DNA of 64,000 nucleotides from the human T2T-CHM13v2.0 reference genome, Homo sapiens: NCBI RefSeq assembly GCF_009914755.1, contig NC_060928.1; one strand, given 5' to 3'. The position numbers and the translations under genes are program-made. How positions within the stretch are numbered: position 1 is the stretch's first letter; each line of letters starts with the position of its first letter. A model generated the notes under the pieces. It made no database searches, was not told where the DNA came from, and saw only the letters and a program-made list of their open reading frames with translations. Shown one piece after another: positions 48,135 to 62,286 of this stretch.

Positions 48135-49770
48135 GCATATTGCATATTTTAAACTGAAGTTGTATATTCATGTCAATTTATAAGAAATAATACAGAGAAA
48201 GAGTTCTCTTGTACACTTGGTCCAGATTCTCCAAATTGTAACACTTTGAAAGCTATAATATAATATCTATAATATCATATCCAAGATATTGATATTGATA
48301 ATCTATCAATCTTACTCATATTTGCCTACTTTTACTTGTACTGTTGTACATAATGTATATAATTGACTTTTATTCACTCGACAAAATTTCCTAAAAATAC
48401 ATCCAAATGATTGCATTAATTAATATTTTGTTCCTTTGATGACTGAGTAGTATTTCATGGTTTCTGGTATAAATTCACCACAAATTAAACATTCACCTGG
48501 GTTTATTGACCTTTTCAACTGTAACAAATTAAGCTGTTATAGACATTCATGAACAAGTTTTTGTGGGAACACAAGTTTCATTACTCCAAATTAAACACCC
48601 ACAACTGCAATTGCTGGGGTCTATGGTCTATGCATATCTGGTTTTTATTTTACTTTAAACATTTTTTAAATTATTTTCTTAAAATTTTATGGGTACACTA
48701 AGTGCCCACAGAAGCTAGTAAGGATACTGGGGCATTGGAGAGGAGGTAGAGAAGGTTAATCAGCACAAAAAAAAATGTGGAAAGAATGAATAACATGTCT
48801 GTCTTTTTAAAAAACTGTCAACTATTTTTCAGAGTGGCTCTATTATTTTACTTTTCCACTAGCAACGTATGAGTGATCCTATATTTTTACATCCTGAATA
48901 GGTTTTGCTATTGTCACAATTTTTAAAAGACATTTTGATAGGTGTGTAGAAATGTCTCACTATGGTTTTATTTGACATGTCCATGATGATTAATAATATT
49001 GAATATGTTTCATGGATTATTTGACATCTGAATATTTTTCTTGTTAAAACGTCCATTGATGTCTTTTGTCCATTACCTAATTGGATCATTTGCGTTTTTT
49101 TTAAAAAGTTGCTGTTGAGTTTTGTGTCATCTCTATTTATTTTTGTCAGTTTTGATAGATGTTTATCAATTGATTGATTTTTTTCAATAAACCAGCTTTT
49201 TGCTTCATTTTTTTCTGTTTTCAATTTCATGAATTTTTGTTACTGTCATGATTATTTTTCTTCTTCTGCCTGCTTTCAGTTTACTCTGTTCTTTTTCTAG
49301 TTTCTTGAGATACAAGTGTTAAGTTATTGATTTGAGATCTTTTCTCATTTTTAATGAAGCATTTAGTACTATAAATTTCTTTCCCACCACAGCCTTAGCT
49401 GTACTTCCTATATTTTGATATGTTGTATTTTTCTTTCATTTGTTTAAATATATTTTTAGATTTTTATTTAAGACTTTATGTTTAATCCATAGATCATTTG
49501 GAACTGTGTTGTATAATTGAAATGCATTTAAACATTTTCCTGCTGTCTTTCTGTTACTGACTTTTATTTTAATTCCACTATGGTCAGAGAACATACTCTA
49601 CATGACATAAATTCTTTTAAATGTATCAGGGTTTGTTTTATGGTGCAAGAAATCATCTAGTATTTTAGTTAATATTTCATGAGCTCCTGAAAAACTGTAT
49701 ATTCTGCTGTTTTGTGTGGACTGATTCTATATTTAGATATATATATATATAATTGACATATATATTTATC

Positions 49771-49774
<4 letters not shown>

Positions 49775-49812
<38 letters not shown>
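49775..49812. repeat. (TG)n microsatellite
   Basis: About 19 TG units seen directly. Confidence 0.95.
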
Positions 49813-49815
<3 letters not shown>

Positions 49816-50049
49816 AAAATCTTGTTGGTTGATTGTGCTGTACAGATCTTCTACATGCTTGCTGATTGTTAAATTTTTGTCCAATAATTCTATCAATTGC
49901 TGAGATAAGGCTGTTAAAACCCACAACTATCATTTATTTTTTTTTTAGTTCTATAATTTTTCTCTTCATGTTGTTTAAGACTTTGTTATTTGGTGCATAT
50001 ATATTTAGAATTGTTATGTTTACTGGTGAATTGATCCATTTATAATTAG

Positions 50050-50647
50050 TGTTGCAGTCTCCTCACTCCTTAATTTAGTGAGGTCCAAGATCTTGTCCCA
50101 CAACCAAGAGAATAAGGCACACAAATACCGGAGAGTGAGTAAGGCAAATTAGCATTTATTAAGCAACAGAAAAGCTCTCAGCAGCAAGAGGGGACCCAAA
50201 CAAGGGTTGCCAGAAATGGGGCTGAGTTCTGAGTCTTTTATGTGACAGAAACAAGGAAGTCCTTTGTGGGTCCTGCCTTAATGGAAGGGGTAAAATTCCC
50301 TGCTGGGAGTGTTCTGTCTGTGCATACCTGGGGTTGGCAGTAGTGACTCCATCTTGGTTATTAGGCATAAGTGCCTAAGCAAAATTCATGGGAGCACCAA
50401 AACTGCAATGCTAATGATATTACAATTAGCTCTGGGTCAAGTTAAGGACATTTAGTTGATTTATTGAAACATAATTGGGACAGTGCCTTCTGAGAGACAT
50501 CTTGGTATAAGAGGAAGTTGTTAACCACATTTCCACATTCTAGCTACACCACAAAGGTAGTGCAGGTGCACTCCCATGGGCGCTGTCTTTCTCCCAAGAC
50601 CCTTCCTCTCTATCTGCCTAGCCAGGCTCTAACTGCCTCCTCTGTTG
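50050..50647 (-). mobile_element. Solo ERV1-class LTR, family not determined
   Basis: Reverse-strand poly(A) signal (TTTATT at 50155-50160); 4-bp TSD TTAG at 50046-50049 and 50648-50651; interrupts the L1 colinearly. Confidence 0.75.
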
Positions 50648-51699
50648 TTAGTAATGTTCTTTGTAAGATTTTTTGAATCTAACTTCTAGATTATCAGATA
50701 TTAATATAGCCACCTTTGCCCTTTTATTGATAAATATTTCCATGGTATATATTTTTATATTATTTTACTTTCAACCTACTGATACTATTGAATTAAAGTG
50801 TATTTCTTACTATAGCAATAGTTAGGTTGCATTTTTTTATTTATTCAGCTAATTTCTCTTTCGATTGGTGTATTTATGTCACTTATATTTAATGTAATTA
50901 TTAATGTACTAAAACCTAAGCATTTCATTTTATTATTTACTACATATTCATTTGTTTTGTTCTCATTTTTCAGTTTTCCTTTTTTTTTTGGACTTACTGT
51001 GTGCTACTCAAGCTTTCATGTTGCTTTACTTACAATGTTTGAATACATCTACAATATACACTCTTTGCTTTGGAAATTTGTATATACTTTTTATGCTACT
51101 CTTCATATTTTAATACCTGATTTAATATCCGATTTATAAAACAACATATAAATACCAATGGTTTTACCCTTTTGATTAAAGCAAGGAAGCTCAGCTTATA
51201 TTTATTTTCCTTTATCTTCTATACTTTTAAGTATCACTTCCTTTAGTATCAAATGGAGTTATAATTTTTGTTTCTATCATCAACTATGATTTATAAAACT
51301 CACTAGGAAAACACATCTATTGGATGTATTCATATTTCTGCTAATTCTATTAATATATCTTCTTTCTTGATGTTCAAAATTCCTTTTTTTCTTTATTTTG
51401 TTTGAATAACAGTTTTTAGTAAACATTTAATGGTAAGCTTGCTAACAACAAATTTTTAAACAGTTCAAAAAATATAATTTCCCTTTATTCCAGAAGCATA
51501 GTTACAACATCCGTAGCATTCAGAGTTGGCAGCTCTTTTCTTTCGCTACCTGAAAAATATTGTGTAACTTGTTTCTGACCTCCATTGTTTCAGATGAAAA
51601 AACGTATTTTCGTTTACATTGGTTTTCCTCTATAGGTAATGTTTCACCTGTAGGTGACTGTTTCTATCTGGCTGCTTTTAAGACTTTGTCTTTAGTTTT

Positions 51700-52690
51700 G
51701 TCAACAACCTACATTGGGGAAAGGACACAATCTCCAATACATGCTTCTGGAAAAATTGGATATCCATATGCAGAAGAATGAAACTAGACTCCTATCACTC
51801 ACCTTATACAAAAATAAACTCAAAATGGATTAAAAATTTAAGTGTAAGACATGAAAAATTAGACTACCATACACTGTTGGTGGTAAGTTAAATTATTTCA
51901 CTTATTATGAAAAACTGTATGGTGGTTTCTCAAAACAAAAATAGAGACACCATATGATCTAGTGATCCCACTACTAGGTGTTTATCCAAAGAAAAGGAAA
52001 TCATTACACTTAAGAGGCATCTGCACCTCCATATTTATTGCAGCTGTCTTCACAATAACCAAGATATAGAATTAAGCTAAATATCCATCAATGGATGGAT
52101 AGATAAAAAATGTGGTATATACATATACCAAATTTGTATATACATTCATATATATATATATATATATATGAATACTATTCTGCCATAAAAAGAATGAAAT
52201 TCTGTCATTTGCAGAATCATGGATAAGACTAGCAAACATTATGTTAAGCGGAATAAGTCAGACACAGAAAAATTAATACTGTCTGTCCTTACCCATATGC
52301 AGGAGCTAAACAAATTTGAGCTCATTAAAGTAAATGGTAGAATTGTGGTTATTAGATGTTGGGAAGGATGTGGGAGGGGAGGTTGGTTAATGGATACAAA
52401 ATTATAGCTATATAGGAGGAATAAGTTCTGTTGTAGTGCTCTATAGCATGGTCGCATGGAAATAACTATAATTTATCGTATATTTTCAAAAAGCTAGAAG
52501 AGAGGATTTTGAATGTTGTCAACACAAAAGTATGATAAATGTTTGAGGTGTTTGAAATGCTAATTACCCTGATTTGATCATTACGCATTGTACACCTGTA
52601 TCAAAATATCACTGTTTCCATAAATATGTACAATTATTGCATGCCAACTAACAATAAAAGGACAAGATAAAGATTCAAAAAATAGGAAGA
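51700..52690 (+). mobile_element. 5'-truncated L1MA (MA4/5-like) 3' end with internal deletion near 51867
   Basis: CATTGGGGAAAGGACA...GCAGAAGAATGAAACTAGAC; 3' UTR GCTAGAAGAGAGGATTTTGAATGTT...CTAATTACCCTGATTTGATCATTAC; decayed A-rich tail. Confidence 0.88.
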
Positions 52691-52719
52691 AATATCATTT
52701 TTCTGATACAATTTCTTCT

Positions 52720-53010
52720 CGGTGTGCCCATGTTGTTTCATGATTGCAAAGCATTCTTTTAAGTGCTTGTAAAGTATTTTTTTCATGCTTCTTAAAATTA
52801 CTTCCAGAAGTAATGTCAAACTCATTCATCTATAGTTTATGAGATCTATCTTCCTTTAAAAAACTAGTACACTGCCCATTTCTTGTCTTCTAAAACTTTT
52901 ACTATTCTCCATAATCCTCAAAGAGATCTAGAGCAACTTAAAAATCTCTTTCCTAAACTTTCTCATTGTTTTGGAGTGAGTTCTACTCCAATACTAGGGC
53001 CCAGAGCTCA
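52720..53010 (-). mobile_element. CR1/L3-like LINE remnant
   Basis: GTCAAACTCATTCATCTATAGTTT...CCCATTTCTTGTCTTCT...TTCTCCATAATCCTCAAAGA resembles antisense L3 RT; recalled similarity only. Confidence 0.5.
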
Positions 53011-53164
53011 TAGTGCCTCTTCGTTCATCTTGAGATTTAATTAAAAGCAATGTTGAGTCTTCTCTTTTGGATCTAAAGATCTATTTGATGAGAAAGACTG
53101 AAGAAAAATAAGGATAAGGCTATTTCCTCCATGTTTTCATGGCACAAAATCTTTGTTTGCTAAC

Positions 53165-53663
53165 TGTGATAAGCAGAATAATGCCCTCCCGACCCCCCAC
53201 AAGACTGTCCCTGTCCTATTCTCCATGTCAGGAAGGATATGCTATGTTATATAAGAATATATGATGTTACAATGCAAGAAAGTATTAAGGTTGCACATGA
53301 CATTAAGCTTACTAAACAGCAGAACTTAAAATAAGAGATCATACTTGGTTATCTAGGGGGGCCCAATGTAATCACAAGGATCCTTTAAATATGGAAGAGT
53401 GTGGTAGAAAATATTTAAAGATACTACATTGCTAATTGTACTGGAGGAAAGAACCAAGAGACAAGGAATGGGGAAAGCGGACAAGAGACAAGAGATGAAG
53501 ACAGCCCCTAGAAGCTGGAAAAGGCAAGAACATGTATTCTCCTTTAGAGTCCCCAGAAGGAAAGCAGTGCTGCTGACACCTTGATTTTAGCCTAATGAAA
53601 ACGATTTAAGACTTCTGACCTTTATAATTTAAAAATGATAGATTTATGTTTCTAAACTACCAA
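53165..53663 (+). mobile_element. MLT1D-like MaLR LTR lacking U5
   Basis: TGTGATAAGCAGAATAATG...GGGCCCAATGTAATCACAAGG...CTAGAAGCTGGAAAAGGCAAG...GACTTCTGACC; ends about 20 nt past the (decayed) poly(A) signal position. Confidence 0.85.
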
Positions 53664-54959
53664 ATAAAAATATTGTGTCTTTAGTTTTTAAAAGTTTAAT
53701 CAAAATGTTTCTTGAAATGTGTTTATTCTGTGTAGGGTATCTTAGGCTTCTTGAATCTATATATTTGTGTCTTCTGCAAATTTGAGGGTTTTTTGAAGCA
53801 CTATTTCTTCAAGTATTCTTTCAGCCTCATTTTACTTCTTTTCTGGTACACGTAATAAAAATGTTGGATCTTTTGTTGTTGCCTCACACATACCTACATC
53901 TCCGTTCATTTTATGTATCAGTCTATTTTATTTATGTTGTTCAAATTGGTTAAATTCTACTATTCTGCCCTCACATTCACTGATTCTACCTTCTCACATC
54001 TCAATGGTACTATTGACTCCATCCAACACATTTTTCATTTCTGTTACCGTGTTTGTTTGCTTTTATAACTTACATTTGGTTCTTTTTTTTGTTTGTTTTT
54101 TTACAAATCAAGTTTGGTTAATATTTTGCTATTTTGTTATATATTTTAAGATAATTTCTATTTGATGTTGAAACATTTTTGCTAGATATCTTAAAATCAT
54201 ATTCAGATGATTCCAACATCTGATGCGTTTTGGTGTCGGTGTCAGTTAACTGTCTTTTTTCACTCAAATTGTTATTTTTCTCGGTTCTTTGTATGATCGG
54301 TGATTTGTAATTATATTCTGGACACTTTGTCTATCATGGCAGACAATTCTGAGCTCTATTTAAACTGTTCCTTTTGGCAGGCAGTCACACTGTTTAGCTT
54401 TAGCAGGTACATCCTGGGTGTGGGGCAGGTACACTGTGTACTATTTACTAGCTTGTCTGAGTTCAGTTAAACGGAACACACATATGCAACAAATTACGTA
54501 AAGCAGATGTATCATTTACGGACAAACAGCAAGAGACAACAGATACCTATGTGAGCCGGTCCATTATGAGCCAGTAGCCCAAAGCTCAACAAAGTTGCCT
54601 GAAGTGGATGGAGTGCATGTGAAGTGCCTGAAGTGGATGGAGTGATTGTGCATGCCCCACTTGTACCACAATTGAGGGACCCCACAAGACAGCTTGCCCT
54701 AGGTTACAAACCTCAGGACCAATGGGAAACTATGGCCTAAGGTTTTGAAGAACATCTCTCTGTCAAGGGAGAGAGTAACAAGGCCTAGGCTGTTCCAGGC
54801 AGTTCTTCCCTGTCTCAGGATATTGCATTCTCAGCATATACTACAGTTGCTCTTGACAACTACAAGCAAGAAAGAGGGGATAATTGGGTCAGTCCAAGGA
54901 CACCTGGAAAGTTGACCTGCAGTCTCCTGCTCCAACCAAGATATTTCCCTTAGAAAAGC

Positions 54960-56640
<1,681 letters not shown>

Positions 56641-58062
56641 TGCCCACCTCTCACCCTTTCCAGGGTCTCAGATGTTCTCTACCTATTGGATAAGAATTAG
56701 GCTGAGTTGGTATAGCAACCCGGTCTGTCTGTTTTAGTCCCAAGTTACTTCTGCAGACACCCATTGCCCTTGTTGCTTGACTCCGACCTTTCTGCCTCAA
56801 TCATCCACTCCAGTACAAATTTGGCATATCTCATAAATCATCCACCCAAATGGAAGGATCAGAGGTATCCAGCATCATTAGAAGGATTCTAGCAGTCTGT
56901 CATTCCTTAGTCCTGTCCTCCACCCCTGTGGAATCCCCTTATAGGGGAGGTACCCAAGGGAAGTATAAACTCCAGATTAGAGACAGGGTGGCCTCTCTGG
57001 GGTACTATGGCACCCTGAACTGCAATTCATCCCCAGGACATGTACTCTATAGGGAAAAAGGAAAAAGAATGGTTGAGAACACAGACTGAGACTTTACAGG
57101 CACAGACAGCCTAGTCAGGTAGGTTTCTCATCCACCTCCACCCCAACCAAGCTCAGTGTCCCTCAATATGAACTGCAGTGCTGTTTCCTTTGCATTGGTG
57201 CATAGTGTTTAGTGTCCCTATTGCCCTAGTCAGATGGGCTACCCCCTCACCAGCAGGACATCTTGATGTTCTTTCTTCAGTTGCTTTGTGAGTTCCATTA
57301 TTCAATAACTCTGTTGGCCTGAGGATGACAATGTACTTAAAAAGCGCATCTTTTTTCACTAATGTGTACCCATTATCTAGTTGCTTGAATAGCAAAAAAT
57401 ATCCCTTGGTCCAAGTAAAATCCCATGGGCTATGTAAAAGGATTGCATAAATTCCTCTCAAGTGTGGCTATAGTTGCCTCAGCACCCATATGATTGACAT
57501 ATATTTGTCTTTTTCAGACAACAAGCTGTTTTTCTTAGTCCTTGTCCTCACATGGAGATCCTCTAACAGTCCAATCCTTCCATTGCCATTATCCTGATCA
57601 GATGGCTAGGCTTTTGGCAATGGCCCATAAGTCACTGAAAATATGGCAGGATATGCGATAGAGGTAGCCTGCATGGCCATCACCACTGCATTTAGTTTGG
57701 CCCATTGGGTAGAATGCCCATGTCCAGTCTCAGTCAAAAGATAGCCATCCACTGGCTGAATGGTGGCCCAGTGCACGTTGTCTGGCAGAGCTATCAGTAA
57801 ACCATGCCTGTCAGGCCTCTGAGCCCAAGCTAAGCCATCATATCCCCTGTGACCTGCACGTATACATCCAGATGGCCTGAAGCAAGTGAAGAATCACAAA
57901 AGAAGTGAAAATGGCTGGTTCCTGCCTTAACTGATGACATTACTTTGTGAAATTCCTTCTCCTGGCTCAGAAGCTCCCCCACTGAGCACCTTGTGACCCC
58001 CACCCCTGCCCGCCAGAGAACAACCCTCTTTGACTGTAATTTTCCACTACCTACCCAAATCC

Positions 58063-58140
58063 TATAAAATGGCCCCACCCCTATCTCCCTTCACTGACTC
58101 TCTTTTTGGACTCAGCCTGCCTGCACCCAAGTGAAATAAA
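58063..58140 (+). promoter_or_regulatory. LTR7 TATA box and poly(A) signal (copies at 60520-60526 and 60594-60599)
   Basis: TATAAAA at 58063-58069 and AATAAA at 58135-58140 in canonical U3/R positions; activity not shown. Confidence 0.6.
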
Positions 58141-58206
58141 CAGCCTTATTGCTCAGGCGCTGTCTGTTTGGTGGTCTCTTCACATGGACGTGTGTGACAT
58201 TTGGTG

Positions 58207-59815
58207 CCTGTTATCACTCCCCTGCTACAGCATGGGCTTGTAAAACCTATAAACTCTCCTTACAATTCTCCCATTTTACCTATTCAAAAACCAGACAAGT
58301 CTTACAGGTTAGTTCAGCATCTGCACTGGCCGTCATGTCTCCGTGTAGCAGCTGCCATCACCCTAATACTTTTAGAAGCCCTAAAAATCACAAACTATGC
58401 TCAACTCACTCTCTACAGTTCTCATAACTTCCAAAATCTATTTTCTTCCTAACACCTGATGCATATACTTTCTGCTCCCCAGCTCCTTCAGCTATACTCA
58501 CTCTTTGTTGAGTCTCCCACAATTACCATTTTTCCTGGCCCGGACTTCAATCTGGCCTCCCACATTAGTCCGGATACCACACCTGACCCCCACGACTGTA
58601 TCTCTCTGATCCACCTGACATTCACTCCATTTCCCCATATTTCCTTCTTTCCTGTTCCTCACCCTAAGCACACTTGGTTTATTGATGGCAGTTCCACCAG
58701 GCCTAATTGCCACTCACCAGCAAAGGCAGGCTATGCTGTAGTATCTTCCACATCTATCATTGAGGCTACCGCTCTGCCCCACTCCCCTACCTCTCAGCAA
58801 GCCAAACTCATTGCCTTAACTCGAGCGTCACTCTTGCAAAGGGACTACACGTCAATATTTAAACTGACTCTAAATATGCCTTCCATATCCTACGCCACCA
58901 TACCATTATTTGGGCAGAAAGAGGTTTCCTCACTGCGCAAGGGTCCTCCATCATTAATGCCTCTTTAATAAAAGCTCTTCTCAAGGCCACTTTACTTCCA
59001 AAGGAAGCTGGAGTCATTCACTGCAAAGGCCATCAAAAGGCATCAGATCCCATTGCTCAGGGCATTGCTTATGCTGATAACATAGCTAAAGAAGCAGCTA
59101 GCATTCCAACTTCTGTCCCTCATGGCCAGTTTTTCTCCTTCTCATCGGTCACTCCCACCTACTCACTGACTGAAACTTCTATCAATCTCTTCCCACACAA
59201 GGCAAATGGTTCTTTGACCAAGGAAAATATCTCCTTCCAGCCTCACAGGCCCATTCTATTCTGTCGTCATTGCATAACCTCTTCCATGTAGGTTACAAGC
59301 TGCTAGCCCACCTCTTAGAACCTCTCATTTCCTTTCCATTGTGGAAATCTATCCTCAAAAAATCACTTCTCAGTGTTCCATCTGCTATTCTACTACTCCT
59401 CAGGGATTATTCAGGCCCCCTCCCTTCCCTATACATCAAGCTCAGGGATTTGCCCCCACCCAGGACTGGCAAACTGACTTTACTCACATGCTCTGAGTCA
59501 GGAAACTAAAATACCTCTTGGTCTGGGTAGACACTTTCACTGGATGGGTAGAGGCCTTTCCCACAGGGTCTGAGAAGGCCACCATGATGATTTCTTCCCT
59601 TCTGTCAGACATAATTCTTTGGTTTGGCCTTCCCGCCTCTATACAGTCTGATAATGGACCAGCCTTTATTAGTCAAATCACCCAAGCAGTTTCTTAGGCT
59701 CTTGGTATTCAGTAAAACCTTTATAGCCCTTACCATCCTGAATCTTCAGGAATGGTAGGACGGACAAATTGTCTTTTAAAAACACACCTCACCAAGCTCA
59801 GCCTCCAACTTAAAA
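58207..59815 (+). pseudogene. HERV-H pol remnant (RT N-terminus, connection, RNase H, partial integrase)
   Basis: PVITPLLQHGLVKPINSPYNSPILPIQKPDKSYRLVQ; TWFIDGSS; HCKGHQ; DWQTDFTHM; [16 protein letters not shown]; IQSDNGPAF; frameshifts and stops; RT core absent. Confidence 0.92.
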
Positions 59816-61985
59816 CTTAAAAAAGAGGACTCTGTCAAGGATAGAGCCCCAAAACTCACCAACCAAACAAGTAATTATGCTGAACTCCCTTGAGCACTCT
59901 CTAATTGGATGTCCTGGGTCCTCCCAATTCTTAGTCATTTAATACCTGTTTTTCTCCTTCACTTATTCACACCTTGTGTCTTCCGTTTAGTTTCTCAATT
60001 CATACAAAACCGCATCCAGGCCATCACCAATCATTCTATATGACAAACGCTCCTCTTAACAAGCCCACAATTTCACCCCTTACCACAAAATCTTCCTTCA
60101 GCTTAATCTCTCCCACTCTAGGTTCCCATGCCTCCCCTAACCCCACTCGAAGCAGCCCTGAGAAACATCGCCCATTATCTCTCCATAGCACCCCCAAAAA
60201 TTTTCACCACCCCAACACTTCAACACTATTTTGTTTTATTTTTCTTATTAATATAAGAAGACAGGAATGTCAGGCCTCTGAGCCCAAGCTAAGCCATCAT
60301 ATCTCCTGTGACCTGCATGTATACATCCAGTTGGCCTGAAACAAGTGAAGAAGCAAAAGAAGTGAAAATGGCTGGCTCCTGCCTTAACTGATGACATTAC
60401 TTTGTGAAATTCCTTCTCCTGGCTCAGAAGCTCCCCCACTGAGCACCTTGTGACCCCCACCCCTGCCTGCCAGAGAATAACCCCCTTTGACTGTAATTTT
60501 CCACTACCTACCCAAATCCTATAAAATGCCCACCCCCGCCCATCTTCCTTCACTGACTCTCTTTTCGGACTCAGCCTGCCTGCACCCAGGTGAAATAAAC
60601 AGTCTTGTTGCTCACAAAAAGCCTGTTTGGTGGTCTCTTCACACTGATGCACGTGACAATGCCATGCTGTCAGTAAGCATGTCTGTGAGTCCTGGGCCCC
60701 AGGTCGCCACAGGAGAATCCAATGGATCCTTACAGGTTGCTTAAAAGGGATAGTTTGTTGTAGTCCTGAATTAATAAAGTAATATCCTATTCTCCACTTA
60801 CCATGTAGGACTGCTTTTGTTAAATAATCCATTGGGGCTTGGGTAGTTTAGGTGGCAGGCAGGATATGCCCCACTGTTATGGCTTGAATTCTGAGTTGTC
60901 AAAGAGTATGTCTCCTCAGGCAATGGTGATTTTTGTGCTACAAGAAGTCAGGGGTCAATGCCAATAATGTGCTCATAAGTGAGAACCATGGTCACTGACA
61001 TCCAATATGGACCAAAGCCATATCACAGGTAGATAAGCACTACTGGTCAATGCATTCATTCTAAAACCTTCCAATGTCACCAGTTTTTCTCCCTAAGAGG
61101 ACCTGGAAATATTATGTGGACTCCAGTATCAAAAAAAAAAAAGTCTGAATTTCTTTCTTTTCTCCTCTTACCTTGACAGAAATATAAGGCCTTTGGCCTC
61201 CATTTGGGGACCCTGAGACCTTGGTCCCATTTCTGACACTGCCATTCAGCCCAAGACATTGGATTTGCAATGTCCTTTCATCAAAGAAACATACCTGGCC
61301 TTTCTCTATATCTGTCCTTTAGATAATGAGTCTCCCTTTCTGTGAAGGCCTTTATCACATGTATTGAATCCTTCTCAGATGCCTCAAGGAAGATCTGAGG
61401 AACCCTTTCTTCTTTCCCTCTCAGGTGCCTTAGTGTCTGGTTGAGTACTCACTTCCCTCACTCTCTGCCCCCATGAATGACAGGGTAATTAAATAAATAT
61501 CCCCAACCAAGGGATCTATGCCCCTCTATTTCCTCATTGCCTTTTGTTTGCCTTGATCCATGCAGCCGTCTCATTCACATCTGAGGGAAGTGGCAGACCT
61601 ACATCCCACTTATCACCCTTCCTTCCTCTGAAAATATTCAATCCCCATGCCCCCAGGCTGCCATCTTTCCCCTGGGCTGGGTACTAGGAAGTATCACCCC
61701 TCCTGCTTCCCAAATAAGCTATGATTACATTAGATGGGGCCCTGCTTGCTGGACGCATTTTGTGGATTAGGTTTACTGTGTGCTGCTTACCAACTTGTCT
61801 GAGTGCAGGAGACAGAATACACTCATATGCAACAAGTTACACAAAGCAGATTTGTGACTTACAGGTAGACAGCAAGGGACAAAAGAATGCTAGGATCTAT
61901 GATGAGCTGATTCCTGAAGACTCAGGAAAGCTGTCTAGGGCACATCGAGTCTCAGCTGTGCATTCCCCACTTGCACCACAGCTGA

Positions 61986-62286
<301 letters not shown>

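Larger units (their letters stand above)
57809..60658 (+). mobile_element. HERV-H provirus (LTR7 57809-58199 and 60268-60658), heavily deleted, about 2.85 kb
   Basis: Two 391-bp TGTCAGGCCTCTGAGCCCAAGC...TGACA LTRs; perfect 5-bp TSD ATGCC (57804-57808, 60659-60663); partial PBS TGGTGCC; PPT AAGAAGACAGGAA. Confidence 0.97.

Noticed and set aside
58459-58968. 169-aa ORF with an RNase H motif as a possible functional protein
   Set aside because: HERV-H pol fragment that frameshifts within RNase H; RT core, gag and most of the PBS are deleted
60248-60832. Longest ORF (194 aa, - strand)
   Set aside because: Chance fusion of host-provirus sequence with antisense LTR7; the same LTR-antisense peptide recurs at 57830..58078
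61741-61760. PBS of the class III provirus
   Set aside because: Minus-strand sequence AAATGCGTCCAGCAAGCAGG is too degenerate to assign a tRNA by eye
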